Shown here: positions 1 through 13,064 of the stretch, one piece after another
How the letters are laid out: the number at the start of each line of letters is the position of its first letter
Position numbering within the stretch: the first letter of the stretch is position 1
Assembly (NCBI GenBank): GCA_028534125.1
Contig: CM052818.1
Coordinates: 21,082,001 to 21,146,000, forward strand
Source: Lama glama
Lineage: Eukaryota
DNA length: 64,000 nucleotides
Direction: 5' to 3'
Made by a program: the position numbers and the translations under genes
Notes under the pieces: generated by a model
Database searches by the model: none
Seen by the model: the letters and a program-made list of their open reading frames with translations, nothing else
Told to the model about the DNA's origin: nothing

Positions 1-1834
1 GCAACTTTATCAGACCCAAGCCATACATTTAGTTCTTTCTAGAACTTCATTATGGTTGTGAAGATGCCATGGAAGCTGTGCACAAAGCATTGATATGAGA
101 GGCTCGGTCTACATAGCCCAGCCTCACCGTCTGACCTTCACTTAGAGGAGGAGAAGTTGATGCAGACTGCATGCAGTTCCAAGCAGAGTGCATGGAACCA
201 GCCCCAGGCTAGCCAGTGATGTCTGCTAATGAGCTGTCAAGTTATGAAGCAGCTCAGCTCTAACAGGAGGATTCTGGGCCCCGGACAAACAGGAATAAAG
301 TGGGTCCAGGGAGAAAGGATGAGAGCCTGAGCCCCACCAGCACGAATCTTTACTTCCTGTAGGAAACGAGTGCATAGTTTTCTTTCCTGTCCCCACCACA
401 GGCACCCCTTTCTCCACCCCTCTCCTCTCCTATTCTTTGCTTGTCTCCTTGTCTCCTGGTCTCTCTGCTTTCCAACGCCATCTCTTCCTCATACAGCCAT
501 CCTTCCCTTTCTCAGCTTTGGGCCTGGTATCTATGGATTTGACTTTGCCCTGCTGGAGACAACAAAGAGCAGGGGGTGCTGCTGAGCCCGCATCCTAATA
601 GAGAAGACAAGGGGGGGAGGGGAGAAAGGGGGAGGCAGAGTCAGAGTCAGCCCAGCACCTTCAGTTTTAGAAAATAAGAAGCATATGAATCTCATCCTGT
701 GTAGCTTTCTTTTAATTTGATTTGGATAATGATGCTATCTCTACACAACCCCAATCATAGAGATGAATGTATCTGAATATTTAGTATCATACCAACCACA
801 TATTAAGTTGTTGACAAAACTTGTTGACTGCAAAGAGTTTGAAGAGGCTTTTAAAACTGCAAAGTAATGCATCTCTAATGCTGGAATCCCAGGCACTGAG
901 ACAGGCTGGTGTGAGTGATATTCGGGTAAAAGAGCTATTCCAGTCCCTCTCCAGTTACACCAAACGGGTGACCATTGAGTCCAGTTATGTAAAAGGCAGC
1001 CTGCATCAATTTTCATCTGAATGCATTTGCTTGTAAACTAAAGTGACTTCTGGTGAGTTACCTTCTCCAGCCAAGAACTATAGGGCCTTAACGGTTTACG
1101 TTAGTAATTCATTTTTGTTTTAAATTGAGCACTGTTCCAGCAAAAGGTAACCTCTTAAGCTCCTCAGGTCCCATCTACAAGAATGAGCTATCTGGGTGAC
1201 CTGGCTCCAGGAACAGAGAGATGGAGCAGCATTAAATCATTCATTCATTCATTCATTCATGCAATAAATATTTAATAAGGGAGGAGAAGGAAGAAAGGCA
1301 ATGAGGAAAGAGGAACCAGGGCTTTTCAGGGGACTGGGCAGGGGAGAGGAGGTCACCAGCTTCACAGTGAGGAATGAACCTCCCAATCAGCAGGACCAGC
1401 TTTGTAACTACAACCCGTCTTTGAGAGAGGCCTCTCTGCATCCGAGCAAGAATTAACCCCCAAGTGGGGAGAGGAGGACAAGGAGGAGGGAGCCTGAGGA
1501 TTCCAGCGTCAGCTTATCACTCCAAATGGTGCCTCCAGCAACATCTCCTCTCCCTGGCATTGCCTTCCAGAATTTGGCAGAAGAAAACCCTCAGAAGCTC
1601 TTTGCACGAGCACAACTCATTTCTCTCTTGAGCAGGTCAAGTGGGAGCTGTCTGCTCTAAGGTCTGCTTGGAAGAGAGTCAGAACAGCGCTCCCAGGCGC
1701 TCCCACCAGCCTCTCTCTGATGCTGGCTTACTCTTCTGGCATAAGTACTGGCTCCTAAAACACACACCCCACTGGTATAAGTAACAAATAAAGTCTCAAG
1801 CAGCCACGAACCCCCCAGCAGGGTAGTGGTGAGA

Positions 1835-2035
1835 AAACAGCAGCTTCTAAGGGAAAGGATACTGGTATTTGGGATCAGGAGACAGATTCAAATCCTACTT
1901 TTTCTGAGTTGCCTGATGTGGGGCAGACCACTTAACCTGTTTGAGAGATAGGAATGTATTTCCTTCATCCAGAGAGAACATCACAGGCTGATGTGAAGGT
2001 TAAGAGAGAGGATTTGTTAATATGTGTTTCAGATA
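1835..2035 (+). mobile_element. MIR SINE fragment
   Basis: gattcaaatcct...gggcagaccacttaacct...gtgaaggttaag resembles the MIR core. Confidence 0.55.
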
Positions 2036-5000
2036 AAGAACACAAAAACATCAGACTGGCCTGGAAGGGGACTGGGACTTGGAAGGCACGAGAAGGCACA
2101 CCACGGTCACAGGGAGATAGGAGAGGAGTCTTGAAGGCAGAAAGGGGTGCAGAAGAAAAGCAAGAAAGAGGCCCAAATCAAACAGCCAATACCATGATTT
2201 GTCTGAGACTCGGGTTCAGCTTCCATTGCTGAAACAAAGACCATAGTGATCCAGAAGTGATGTGTGGAGCAGGGGCCTGCTCTGTGGGGTGGTGACGGCT
2301 CAGAAAAGGGACAGGGAAGTCATGGGCCTTTCTGGCTTCTAGTCTAGGGTGACTTTTGGAAAGCTTCAGATTTCCTCACTGCCCTTCTACAGACTGGGCT
2401 GAGGGTCCACCCTGTGGCTCACCCTGGGCCAGAGAGCTCTTGGGGCCAGAGGGCAGTGGGCAGCAGGCGCTCAGCCCAGGAAACTTAGAACAGGTGCTTT
2501 GCCCATTCACTGGTGCCCACAGACCAGGGGGAGGTGGGCCACACGACTTCCATCTTTAGCTCACACCTGATTAGGAAACCACTTCCGACAGAGACCCGTC
2601 TTCCAATTCTAAAACCCAGGGCATCCAGGCTTATCTGGACTTGGGAGGTATTCGAGGTTTTACCCGGAGAAACACATCGGGTTGCGTGGGAAGAGGAAGG
2701 ACTCACGAAAATCACTTTAAATGAAGTGTAGACTGCTTCTTATAGCAGGGGAGCTCCGTAGGCCCCACTACGCTAATGCAGCCTTGAGGTTTGAAGGGCA
2801 AATCCCCCCAAGCCCTGGCACCGCCGCAGTAACCACTCTCAGAGCTCGCTCCAGGGGCCACGAGGCTCTTACCACATTGTAAACTATACATTTGCAAATC
2901 TCACAGCTAATCCACAGTACAGCCTGCCTGCAATCTAATAGGGGTCTGAGAGCCCCGGAGGCACCCTCGTGGCACAGGCAGACCCTGTCTTAAGCCTCAC
3001 ACTGAAAAGTACAACTGGTTAGCCAGACTGCAAAGTATGTAACTTGAAGTCCCCTTGCCATGAGAACCGCGTCTCTGGAATTTCCTGGCTTCGGGAGGGG
3101 TGGCGTTCAGTTTCTAACCTTTGCTTTGTGTTGGTCGAGCTCTTGCATTTTATTCCTGGGGTCGTTTCTGTGTTTGGGAGGGAGGTGAGGGGGCAGGGGA
3201 AAAGGAATGAAAGAATCTCAGTAAAAAAGTGAGGAGCCCGAGGCTGCCCAGAGCACACCACGGAGCCCCGTCTGGGCCTGGCGTGGGGAGGGGGCCTGCG
3301 GACAAAGCAACTGGGACAGAGGCCGTGGAAGAGCTCTTTCTGCCCCCTCCCCACACATCGCTACCGGTTTTCCCACAGCCCGGTAATTGTGGCGAAGTGA
3401 GAACAGCTGTCATATCAGGGCAAGAAGGCTGGACTTGGGTAGGGGGGTCAGGAAACCTCATTTCCAGCCCTGCTTTTGCCACTTGCTCACCGAGGGATCT
3501 TCAGCAAATCTCTCTCTCTGAGTTCCAGATTCCTCCTTTGTCAGTGGGGCTAATGGTCCCTCACAGAGAATTGTGAGGGATTGGATGGAGTAAATGGGGG
3601 AGTGGAGGGCCCCCAGAAGTCTGCCTGGGAGCATTTGGGAGCATCTGACTCCAGACATGTTTCCTCGGCACCTTCGCCCAGGAACGAGGATGACAATCAG
3701 CAGCTACTGTGTGTTCTAATACCTTGCGTGGCCATGAGGGTGACACCTGGGAGAGCAGGAGAGACCACCGTGAGGGCAGCATCCATGCTGAGGACAAGCC
3801 ATCAATGCCCTCCGCAGATGACTTACGTGATAAGGCATCTATTGCTAAGAATCAGTTAACGTTGAAAAGAACTCAGAGGAGAGAAGGATGAGCATTAAAA
3901 AATAGATGGTAGAGTCTTTTAGAGAGAAAAGAGGCCTTGAGAATGCTTCAACTTGTTCTCTTGGGCATCCTGGGAATATTTCCTGCCCCCTCAAAACTTT
4001 GGCCAGACGTGCCTAAGTTCAAACAGTCACAGGATCCTTTGTGTAACTCTGCCTAAACAACGTGAGTGAACATTTCCAGATTAAATTGGCTTTCGGAAAG
4101 CTAGCATCTTTTGTCTGACAAAATTCTGCCTTTCATGACCCAAGTCTAGAGGCCCTGACACCATGCAAAGAGGGACAAGTTACTGCCTATGAATGCATGG
4201 TCCCTACCATTTTATCCTTCTGGATGTACTTCATTTTTTAAAAATTATCTAATGTCATCATATGATTCAATTTCTTTGGCTCTTGCCTGAAAAAGCCTGG
4301 GATCTCCTCTGAGGGAATTTCTTGTTGATAGCTGAGGCCTTCAGATTGGGACCGAGCCACACGTCCCGTCTCCCCTGCAGCCGTGGGGTTCAAGCTGCAG
4401 CCACCAGGGAGGATTTGAGTTACAACTTAAAGAGCACAGATGACATTTTAAAAATATCCAAGCATTACTGCTGTTGCCTGAAGAACCTCTCCAGGCATTT
4501 CCCTGTGTGCATATTACACGACAAGGGCCCCATCCTGCAGAGTTACTTCCAAACTGAGCGATTTCTGAAGGTCACGCTACAGCTGGAGATTTAGATGAAG
4601 CCACATTAACAGTGAGGGGAGCGTAGTGTGCCTACAAGCTGGAAGCATTTCTGAGGAGAGCTAGGTTATCAGCTATTCAAGTAAAAGCAGGAATAAATGT
4701 AAAGAGAGACTGACAGAGGCAAAAAGCTATAAGGAAGGAAATACACCAGCATTTTTTTTCTTTTTTTTTCACATTTTTTATTGATTTATAATCATTTTAC
4801 AATGTTGTGTCAAATTCCAGTGTAGAGCACAATTTTTCAGTTACACATGAATATATATATATTCATTGTCACATGTTTCTTTCTCTGTGAGCTACCATAA
4901 GATCTTGTGTATATTTCCCTGTGCTGTACAGTATAATCTTGTTTATCTATTCTACAATTCTGAAATCCCATCTAACCCTTCCCACCCTCCGCCCCCTTGG

Positions 5001-5076
5001 CAACCACAAGTGTGTATTCTATGTCTATGAGTCTGTTTTTGTTTTGTATTTATGCATTGTTTGTTTGTTGTTGTTT

Positions 5077-5596
5077 TTAGATTCCACATATGTGTGATCT
5101 CATATGGTATTTTTCTTTCTCTTTCTGGCTTACTTCACTTAGAATGACATTCTCCAGGAGCATCCATGTTGCTGCAAATGGCGTTATGTTGTTGGTTTTT
5201 ATGGCTGAATAGTATTGCATTGTATAAATATACCACCTCCTCTTTATCCAGTCATCCGTTGATGGACATTTAGGCTGTCTCCATGTCTTGGCTATTGTAA
5301 ATAGTGCTGCTATGAACACTGGGGTGCAGGTGTCATCCTGAAGTAGAGTTCCTTCTGGATATATGCCCAGGAGCGGGATTCCTGGGTCATATGGTAAGTC
5401 TATTCCTAGTCTTTTGAGGAATCTCCATACTGTTTTCCACAGTGGCTGCACCAAACTGCATTCCCACCAGCTGTGTAGGAGGGTTCCCCTTTCTCCACAG
5501 CCTCTCTAGCATTTGTCATTTGTGGATTTTTGAATGCTGGCCATTCTGCCTGGTGTGAGGTGATACCTCATTGTAGTTTTGATTTGCATTTCTCTG
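5077..5596 (-). pseudogene. Disabled L1 ORF2 C-terminal segment (cysteine-rich/CCHC region)
   Basis: Reads [59 protein letters not shown]...CGI. It has an in-frame TAG at 5506-5508 (W in consensus) and HSWWEC instead of HCWWEC. Confidence 0.93.
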
Positions 5597-6096
5597 NNNN
5601 NNNNNNNNNNNNNNNNNNNNNNNNNNNNNNNNNNNNNNNNNNNNNNNNNNNNNNNNNNNNNNNNNNNNNNNNNNNNNNNNNNNNNNNNNNNNNNNNNNNN
5701 NNNNNNNNNNNNNNNNNNNNNNNNNNNNNNNNNNNNNNNNNNNNNNNNNNNNNNNNNNNNNNNNNNNNNNNNNNNNNNNNNNNNNNNNNNNNNNNNNNNN
5801 NNNNNNNNNNNNNNNNNNNNNNNNNNNNNNNNNNNNNNNNNNNNNNNNNNNNNNNNNNNNNNNNNNNNNNNNNNNNNNNNNNNNNNNNNNNNNNNNNNNN
5901 NNNNNNNNNNNNNNNNNNNNNNNNNNNNNNNNNNNNNNNNNNNNNNNNNNNNNNNNNNNNNNNNNNNNNNNNNNNNNNNNNNNNNNNNNNNNNNNNNNNN
6001 NNNNNNNNNNNNNNNNNNNNNNNNNNNNNNNNNNNNNNNNNNNNNNNNNNNNNNNNNNNNNNNNNNNNNNNNNNNNNNNNNNNNNNNNNNNNNNNN
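5597..6096. other. Assembly gap, exactly 500 N
   Basis: Run of N. Confidence 1.
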
Positions 6097-6334
6097 AAAA
6101 TGTTCCATGTGCACTTGAAAAGAATGTATATCCTATTTTGGGGGGGGGGTGTAATTTACAGCAGCATTTTTAAAGCAACATCTTTCTTGGTGAAAACAGT
6201 AGGATGGGTGATGTCAATTTTTTTTCATACTTTTCTGCACTGCAAATTGAAATTAGAAAAAAATGATCATTGGAAATGGATCATTAGAAATATTCCCAGG
6301 AACTATTCACTTAAAAATAAAAATACAAATGTTA

Positions 6335-6530
6335 TTTTGAATCTAAACTACTTAGGAGCTTGGTTCTGTATTCTCTTGGGCAAGTTACTTAACTTCTTGA
6401 AGTTTTAGTTTTCTCATCTGTAAATTGAAAACAATAATATCACCAAACTCAGAGGGTTGGTATGAGCATTAACTGAGGTAAAGCAAGTAAAGCAGTGAGA
6501 GGAGCACCTGGCACTCGGCACATCTCAGTG
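6335..6530 (+). mobile_element. MIR SINE
   Basis: cttgggcaagttacttaacttc...agttttctcatctgtaaattg...cctggcac, the MIR core. Confidence 0.85.
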
Positions 6531-7035
6531 AGTTTTGGTTATTTATGTTTGTCCCTGATTCCCTGGAATACTGGAAAGGGGAGTTGGTGTCATCCCTCCT
6601 GGCCAGCAAAGGGAGAGTAATTCAGGCAGGCTCAGGTGGGACAGGAGAGAGTTCGGGGCTCCTCAGCACAATGGTAATGAGGTCTTCTGTTCCCAAACAG
6701 GCAGGGCCAAATCATGCTAATATGAGAAATAGCATTTCTATAGTGCCTTCCAATGTTTAAAATGTTGCGTTGGTCAAGTGTGTTTACTTTTTCTAGTTAA
6801 AAAAAAAATAGCCATCTCTTTCTAGCAGGGAGGTTGAAGTAGAATGAGGGAGTCCACATTCACTGTAATAAAAGCAGAGCACACTCCACCACTTCAGAGC
6901 AGAAGAAAGCCGCTAGGAGCACTTGGCCCAAGTTTTGCAAGGAGCAAAGTCCTAAGAGGCAGAACCTCCTCCTTGTTGGGAGGAGGAACTGTTGAAGGAA
7001 AAATAGAGGCATCTTACTCAGAAACTTTAAGAAGA

Positions 7036-7537
7036 TGGTGGCAGGGATTGCCAGTTGGCTCCCAATATCCATCTCTTCTTCTTGCTTTGGTAACAGATTC
7101 CTGAATTTTAACTGGGCACATCGGTGCCCAGAATAAGGACGACATTTCCCAGCCTCCCTGGGATGTCAGTGAAGCCATGTGACTAGGCCAATAGGATACG
7201 AGCAGAAGTCATATGTACAACTTCTGGGTCATGTCCCTAGAAGGAAGGAATATAATCTCCTTTTCTCCCCTGATCTCCCTTTCCACTGGCTAGACTGCAG
7301 ACATGATGGTAGGAGAGCTGGTGTGGCTTCTAGCTCACAAAAGGGAAGGTGTGTATTGAGGATAAGATAGCAGAACAGCAAGACAGGAGTCAGTTTCACA
7401 CCCTGTAAAGCTGTCAGAATAGCTAGGGACTGTTCATGCTCAGGCTGTTAGAGAGAGAAAAATAAACTCCCATCTTGTTTAAGCCACTGTTATTTTGGTT
7501 GTTATAATAGGAGCCAGATTTGTATTTGACTTAACAA
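7036..7537 (+). mobile_element. MaLR solo LTR (MLT1J-like)
   Basis: acatttcccagcctccct...ggccaatagga...aaataaactcccatcttgtttaagccactgttattttgg. Confidence 0.8.
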
Positions 7538-10284
7538 GGAACAAAATGAATAAAGACAAGAAACTGGATTTGGAAGAGGAAAGTTGGGAGGGTGAGAATG
7601 TCCACGGAGGACCTTTCTTTCGGAAGGGCCATTGTTTCAGAAGAAAGAATTGATTAAACCATTTGGAGATTCAATCCTTGTCCCCGAAAGCTGCCCAACC
7701 ACTGGAAAGAACTTTGTATACTTGTGCCTGTTTGGGTCTGGTAGGATTTTGTAGGAAAAGCTGGCCCAGGGAAATAGAAGTCTTTTCTGCCCTTTAGATA
7801 AATCAGTACTCCCCAAAGTATAAACCACAAACTAGGACCAGCCCTGTTTTGTAATCATCCTCCACGAGATAAGTATAAAAATTCAGGGCAACACTCAGCA
7901 ACTTTTATAGCGATTTGACAAAGCTGCAACATCTGAGCACTTGGTTATTTTTCCAGTGATTCATTTTTATTATATTTGACAAAAATATTATTCTGCAGTG
8001 GATTGGAAATAAAAATACCCGTTCTTTACCACAGATGGTTTGAGAAGGTAGAAGGAGAGCTAAAAATATATTAAGAAGGTACTCTAGTTACAAGAATTCC
8101 TTGATGACTCCCATAACTTACTGAGGTATCTGGGCTGAAAGGGAAACATAAAAAGCCCTGCCTCCCTTCCTACCATTTGCTAAGCTCAGGACTATGAATC
8201 ACTAGTAGGCAGAAGGTGCGGCAGAATTCATCATTAAACACCGTAAGCTAGCCAAGCACGCTGAGTCTATGCTAAACTATAATTTTCAAAAGGTAAGATC
8301 ATGACCTTTATCCAAATACAAAATGAACATGTGTCAAGGATTGTATTTAACTCATTAAATGAGAGAACCAGCAGGATGTGAAACTAATTCTAAAGAGAGT
8401 TTAAAGAATAGGTAATCAGAAGTCTGAAATGAGTTTGCTAATTCTTTGCGAAACTGGTCGACAGCCTATATAACACAGCGGCCTGTAACTGCGGTGAGCA
8501 GAAAAACCCCAGCTCGTCACAGCAGGCGTTCACATCCAGAACACCCCTCCCACCTGTGCTGTCTACCATAGCACAATCTTTGCCTAGGACTCAGGAGCAT
8601 TTAGCACTCTGGGAGACTAAGGTTTGAATTATTCTCTCTCCAGGCAGGCAAGGCTGTCTGGGTAGGAGGCACTGAAGCCGACACAGTCAGGCAGGATAGA
8701 AGTGGGGGGGACACAGGGAGACAGATGGGCCTGGCGGGAAGCCACACTTAGCCACTTTTTACTTGTGTAGTTTCTCCCAAGTCTCAAAACTCCATGGGCC
8801 CACAATTTCTTCAAATTACCCATCTGCAAGGGGCATTGCGAGGATGAAGGGCAATGAGTGTGCATTATGTGACACACCCTGCACACTTAATACTGGTCAT
8901 TACTATTATGCTAAGGAGAGAGTTCACTGAGGGCCGGGTTAGTCCTGTAAGTGACAGGATTTGAGCTAGGCCATGAAGAACATGCAGAGAGGAGGGATGT
9001 GGAAGGAAAAATGGGAGGAGGGGAGGCATTCCAGGCAGTGGGCAGCCATAAGCAGAGGCAGGGAAGCAGGAATGAACATACTTCAGAGGGTGGTGAGGAG
9101 ATGAATGGGACAGAAGCAGGGGCAGAGGGGCTGGAAAGCTGAGATGAGGAGCTTGAACTTGAGGCAGCACAGAAGGGTTCTGTGGAAGGGTCTGGAGTTT
9201 ATGCAGGTCTTGGACTCTACAGGGCTGTCCCTCTACCACAGCATAGCAGAAATACCAGCATCCATAAACCCCCTCTCGTCACACTCACTTCCCCCCAACA
9301 GGACAGGGGTCCTCTCAAGTCCTGATGCTCTTTGGGGAAGAGCTGCTCCCCAGCTGCCGGACCCCCTGCGACCCCTCTAAGGGCATTTAGGTTGTGGTCT
9401 TATTTCCTGGTATTTCTGGGAAGACATGTGAAGCCCAACCAACCAGTTTATCTTTCAAACGAAGCTGATTTTACCAAACTTTGAAAGTTTGAGTCAGAGC
9501 TGCCACCGTAATTACTGCCACGTAACACAAACCAACAAGTACACTCTGTTACCATCTTCAGAACATGCCTCATGGAGGTGGCCTCCAGGAAGACTGAGAG
9601 GCACAAAATTATTATTTTTGACCATCAAATTGGCATTTGTGCTAACACTGGCTAACTGCTTAGCCGCAGATAGAGTTTAAAAAAACATAAAGGTGCCTGT
9701 GATTTACTCTCCAGATGTCAGGTAAAGATTATTAACCTGATGGTAATAAATTCTTAGAGGCAAATTGCTTGCATACTCCAAATCAGACATAAGTGGCAGT
9801 TGTATGTGTTCAGCAGGCTCTATAGGTGAGTTCCCATTTCTGAGAAATATTTTATGTCCCAGTGCTTTTGAAAACAACATCAGAGTATGTGGCTTTCAAA
9901 GACAGCAATGCCAGTTTCCAAGCAGATTCACAAAAGAAAAGAGAGCTACATTTTATATTTAGTTTTTCTGTGGTTCTCTCTTTACACTGTGAAAACGTCT
10001 TGTTGAAAACTGATCATCTAAACAAATCTTGCAGAAATGTTTGCCATTTGTGTTTAGCTTATACTACAGTACTTTGCGCATGAGCACGAGGTACTGAGCA
10101 GAAATGCTTAATGTGGGGTATTTGTAGCTGTATTTTGTCTCTGTCAACTAGATTATCATTTCACTGAAGGCAATAAACTCATTTTCTAATTCTTTTGAAT
10201 TTCTCATTAATACTTGATACAGGGTTCTTTCTTCAACTACTATGTGTACTGTTAATGAATGGATGCTGTTAATTGGAAGGGATG

Positions 10285-10715
10285 CTCTCAGTGGCTTAGA
10301 ACAAAGTGCAAAACTAAAAGCAGCTTGAGCAACATAACATGGGCATTTTTTAGCTCACACAGCAAGAAGTTGAAAGGCTGGGCAGGAGCAGGATTGGTCA
10401 ATACGGAGACTCAGCTGTGACATTAGGACCCAGGCTCTTTCCATTTTTATGCTCCTTCATCATCTGCAGGTGGGTTCTCTCACTTGCCACACTCCACACC
10501 CAAATGTAGGAATTGCCATCTCTCTTTGCTCTTCTCTTGAGGGGGGAAATATCTCCCAGAATCCTCAGGTCAACTTCTGCTCAAGCCCCATTGGTTAGGA
10601 TTGGGTCACATGACCAGGCCTAAGCCACCATTTTGAACTCTATGGTGGGAGGTCACTACTGGTAACCAGGAAGCGGCAGAGGGCTGATATTGGAGAGGCC
10701 ACCAAGAGTCTGTCA
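10285..10715 (-). mobile_element. MaLR solo LTR (MLT1K/L-like)
   Basis: caggctctttccat...ccattggttaggattgggtcacatgacc motif. Confidence 0.6.
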
Positions 10716-12469
10716 CTTTATCTGTGTGCAAAGGATGTCTCTAAGGCGAGATGAGTGATAACAGTGAGGGAAAAAAGCTTCAGAATTTGTGTGGGGCGGG
10801 GGCATAGGCTGGGAATCGTGGATACCAAGTACCTATTGGAGAAAATTCCCCAGTCCCTCCAGGCCTGAAAACTTTGTAAGTGAAGACACTACAGAAAGCA
10901 GTAGGGTATCAAGTTGGTTGGCCCCGTAGCAAGTTCCATTTACTACTCAGTTCTGTAAATTGGCTGAAACAATTGGAAAAGGCCATGGTCATCATGGTCA
11001 GCCTTGAGATACTGGCTGCTGTACACATACGTGCTCCATTATCGGCACCCAGCTTCATCGAAGCAGGACGTAGTTTGCAGGCAGTCTTGCATGCAAATGA
11101 AATGTGTAATAGTAAGTAATTTGCAAAGATACAGAGCAAATGATGATTTGTTGACATATGGTATGACGTAATTGTGTCACTGTATAAAAAGGTAGGATGT
11201 CTAGCAGTCTGATGAAGCCATTAGCTGAAAGAATTAGCCTTTCTCTTCAGAGTATGCAGGTAACAACATTAAGTATGTGAACCAATTAGGACAGAAGGAT
11301 CTGGGTATTTGGAAGTCTGGAAGGAGTCCTAAATTACCTCTAAGTAATTGAAATCAACACAATATATGACATATAACATTAATATACATAATATAATGCA
11401 TATAACATACAAATATATTACCTAGAGTAAAATAGTAATATTTTAGTTTATAACAAATTACTTTCCTTTTATTTCTCCTTTATGTTAGTTAGATATATCA
11501 GTCTATGTTGCTAAGATAAAAGACAAAACCTGTACAGTCATTCTTATCATGTAGGTCGATAGGTTGGACACAAAAACCACGCCAGAGGAAACGTATTGCC
11601 ACCAACGAAAAGGGAATAGAAGAAGTATCCATGTGAAGCAAAAGGACATTATATTTGCTAGGCTCCTGCAGACAGGAGGCTCATCTCCCTGTATTATCTG
11701 GCTTTTCTGGGACATCGCTCTCAAAAGCAGAGTTTTCTTAGGTGTTACACCCTCACGACAGCCTAAATCCTTAGGAAAACCTTGGTGCCTCTGTGGGGAG
11801 CTTCACAAAGCTGTTAAGCGTTCATTGCTCTTAAAGTATTTGGAAAAGTCAACACCTGAATTCCAGTCAGCTGGGGCTGCCTGGGGAGCTGAGGCCTAGA
11901 CAGCTCTCAGGAAGACAAATGCTCTCAGCCCTCCATCCCGCACCACCTCTAGCCCAACTCACGGCGCCCAACGCACTTACAAACAGGAGAGGCCTCCTGG
12001 CCTCCCTCCCTCCCTCCCTCCTCCCGTTCTATGAACAGCACCTACGTATGGGTCCTCAGGTGTGGAGGGGGCTGGGATGAAAGAGTATGGCCCCTGTCCT
12101 CATCTCAAAGAGCTCCAAGAAAATAAGCAAACAAACCACTCCCAAGCCAAATGGTGGTGGGCAAACTGAACTGAGTGTCGGTAGCCTCTACCCCCCATGC
12201 TGCCCCCCCGTCTTTGGCCATAGTAAGAGTTTGAAGGTCTTGGCCTCCCTGGGTTTTCTCCCAGGGATGACTTGCACCCCACTCTTGACCCCAAACTAGA
12301 ACATTCTCAGCGGGCAAAAGCAGCTGCTCGTGAGGGTGGAGATCTAGGGGAAAAAAAAAACCACCACCACTCTCTGAATTTGGAGCTCCCCCAGGCAACA
12401 GTGAAGTAAATATTGTCATGGAGAGGCTGCGATTCCTCCCGAGCACACCCAGGGTAGAATTGCAGGCAG

Positions 12470-13060
12470 GCCTTAGTCATGCTGCATGACGACGGGGTGA
12501 GATAAACACAGAGACTCTGTGTTTAACATTTCCGTCCGTGGGGCCGCTGGGGCCTCCTCTGAGGGCACAACGCGATCGTCCTGCCAGCATTCCTTCTCCC
12601 CCATCCCCGCTCTCAGCCGGGGAGGAAGGGGCCGGACGCTACGCACTTCCTCCCCGACCCCTGCATCCCCGGCCACTGCGGAGCCGAGCCGAGTGGCGGG
12701 TGAGTCGGTGAGCCACGCCCACGCAGGCAGGCTCCTGTGCTGCCTGCCGGCCTCATGGGCACGAGGCCCGTGCAGTGCAGGGCCCCACCCCTTTCTTGTT
12801 TTTAAATAAATACATTTATTGATGCCCATTTTATATAGTTCAATTAAGTAATCTATAATATAAAAGCCTTCTTTTGGATACCACCGTGGTCCATGTGAAC
12901 ACCCGGCAGTCAGAATCGCCCGCAGAAAGCGCTCCAGGTGCTTACGTGCGCCGCCGCTTGGTTTAATGCCCTGCTGTCACGGTCTTAAAATTCTCAACAG
13001 TTCTCGAACAAGGAGCCTCACATTTTCATTTTGCATGGGGCCTCGCAAATTATCCAGCCA
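12470..13060 (+). promoter_or_regulatory. CpG-rich promoter/enhancer-like region with candidate first-exon donor
   Basis: Densest CpG cluster in the window by eye. Motifs: ETS CACTTCCT near 12644, KLF/SP GCCACGCCC 12712-12720, AP-1-like TTAGTCA 12473, GATA and forkhead near 12500-12525. Donor CGG|GTGAGT after 12699. Confidence 0.6.
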
Positions 13061-13064
13061 GGCC
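12885..13064 (+). mobile_element. MER45A-like hAT-Tip100 MITE
   Basis: gcttggtttaatgccctgctgtcacggtcttaaaattctc...gaacaaggagcctcacattttcattttgcatggggcctcgcaaattat. Confidence 0.8.

Larger units (their letters stand above)
4757..6156 (-). mobile_element. 5'-truncated, relatively young LINE-1 spanning the assembly gap
   Basis: Poly(T) tail at the left end, followed by L1 3'UTR and the ORF2 C-terminus. Right of the gap the minus strand reads LHPPPKIGYTFFSSAHGTF (endonuclease domain). TSD tacaccagcattttt (4742-4756) / tacagcagcattttt (6157-6171), at a TT/AAAA site on the minus strand. Confidence 0.95.

Noticed and set aside
741..1060. Processed pseudogene or coding exon
   Set aside because: No recognisable protein in any frame and no poly(A) or TSD. 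At most a regulatory element (TGTTGAC occurs twice).
5530..6408. Long ORFs of 179-292 aa
   Set aside because: Artefacts of translating through the N gap.
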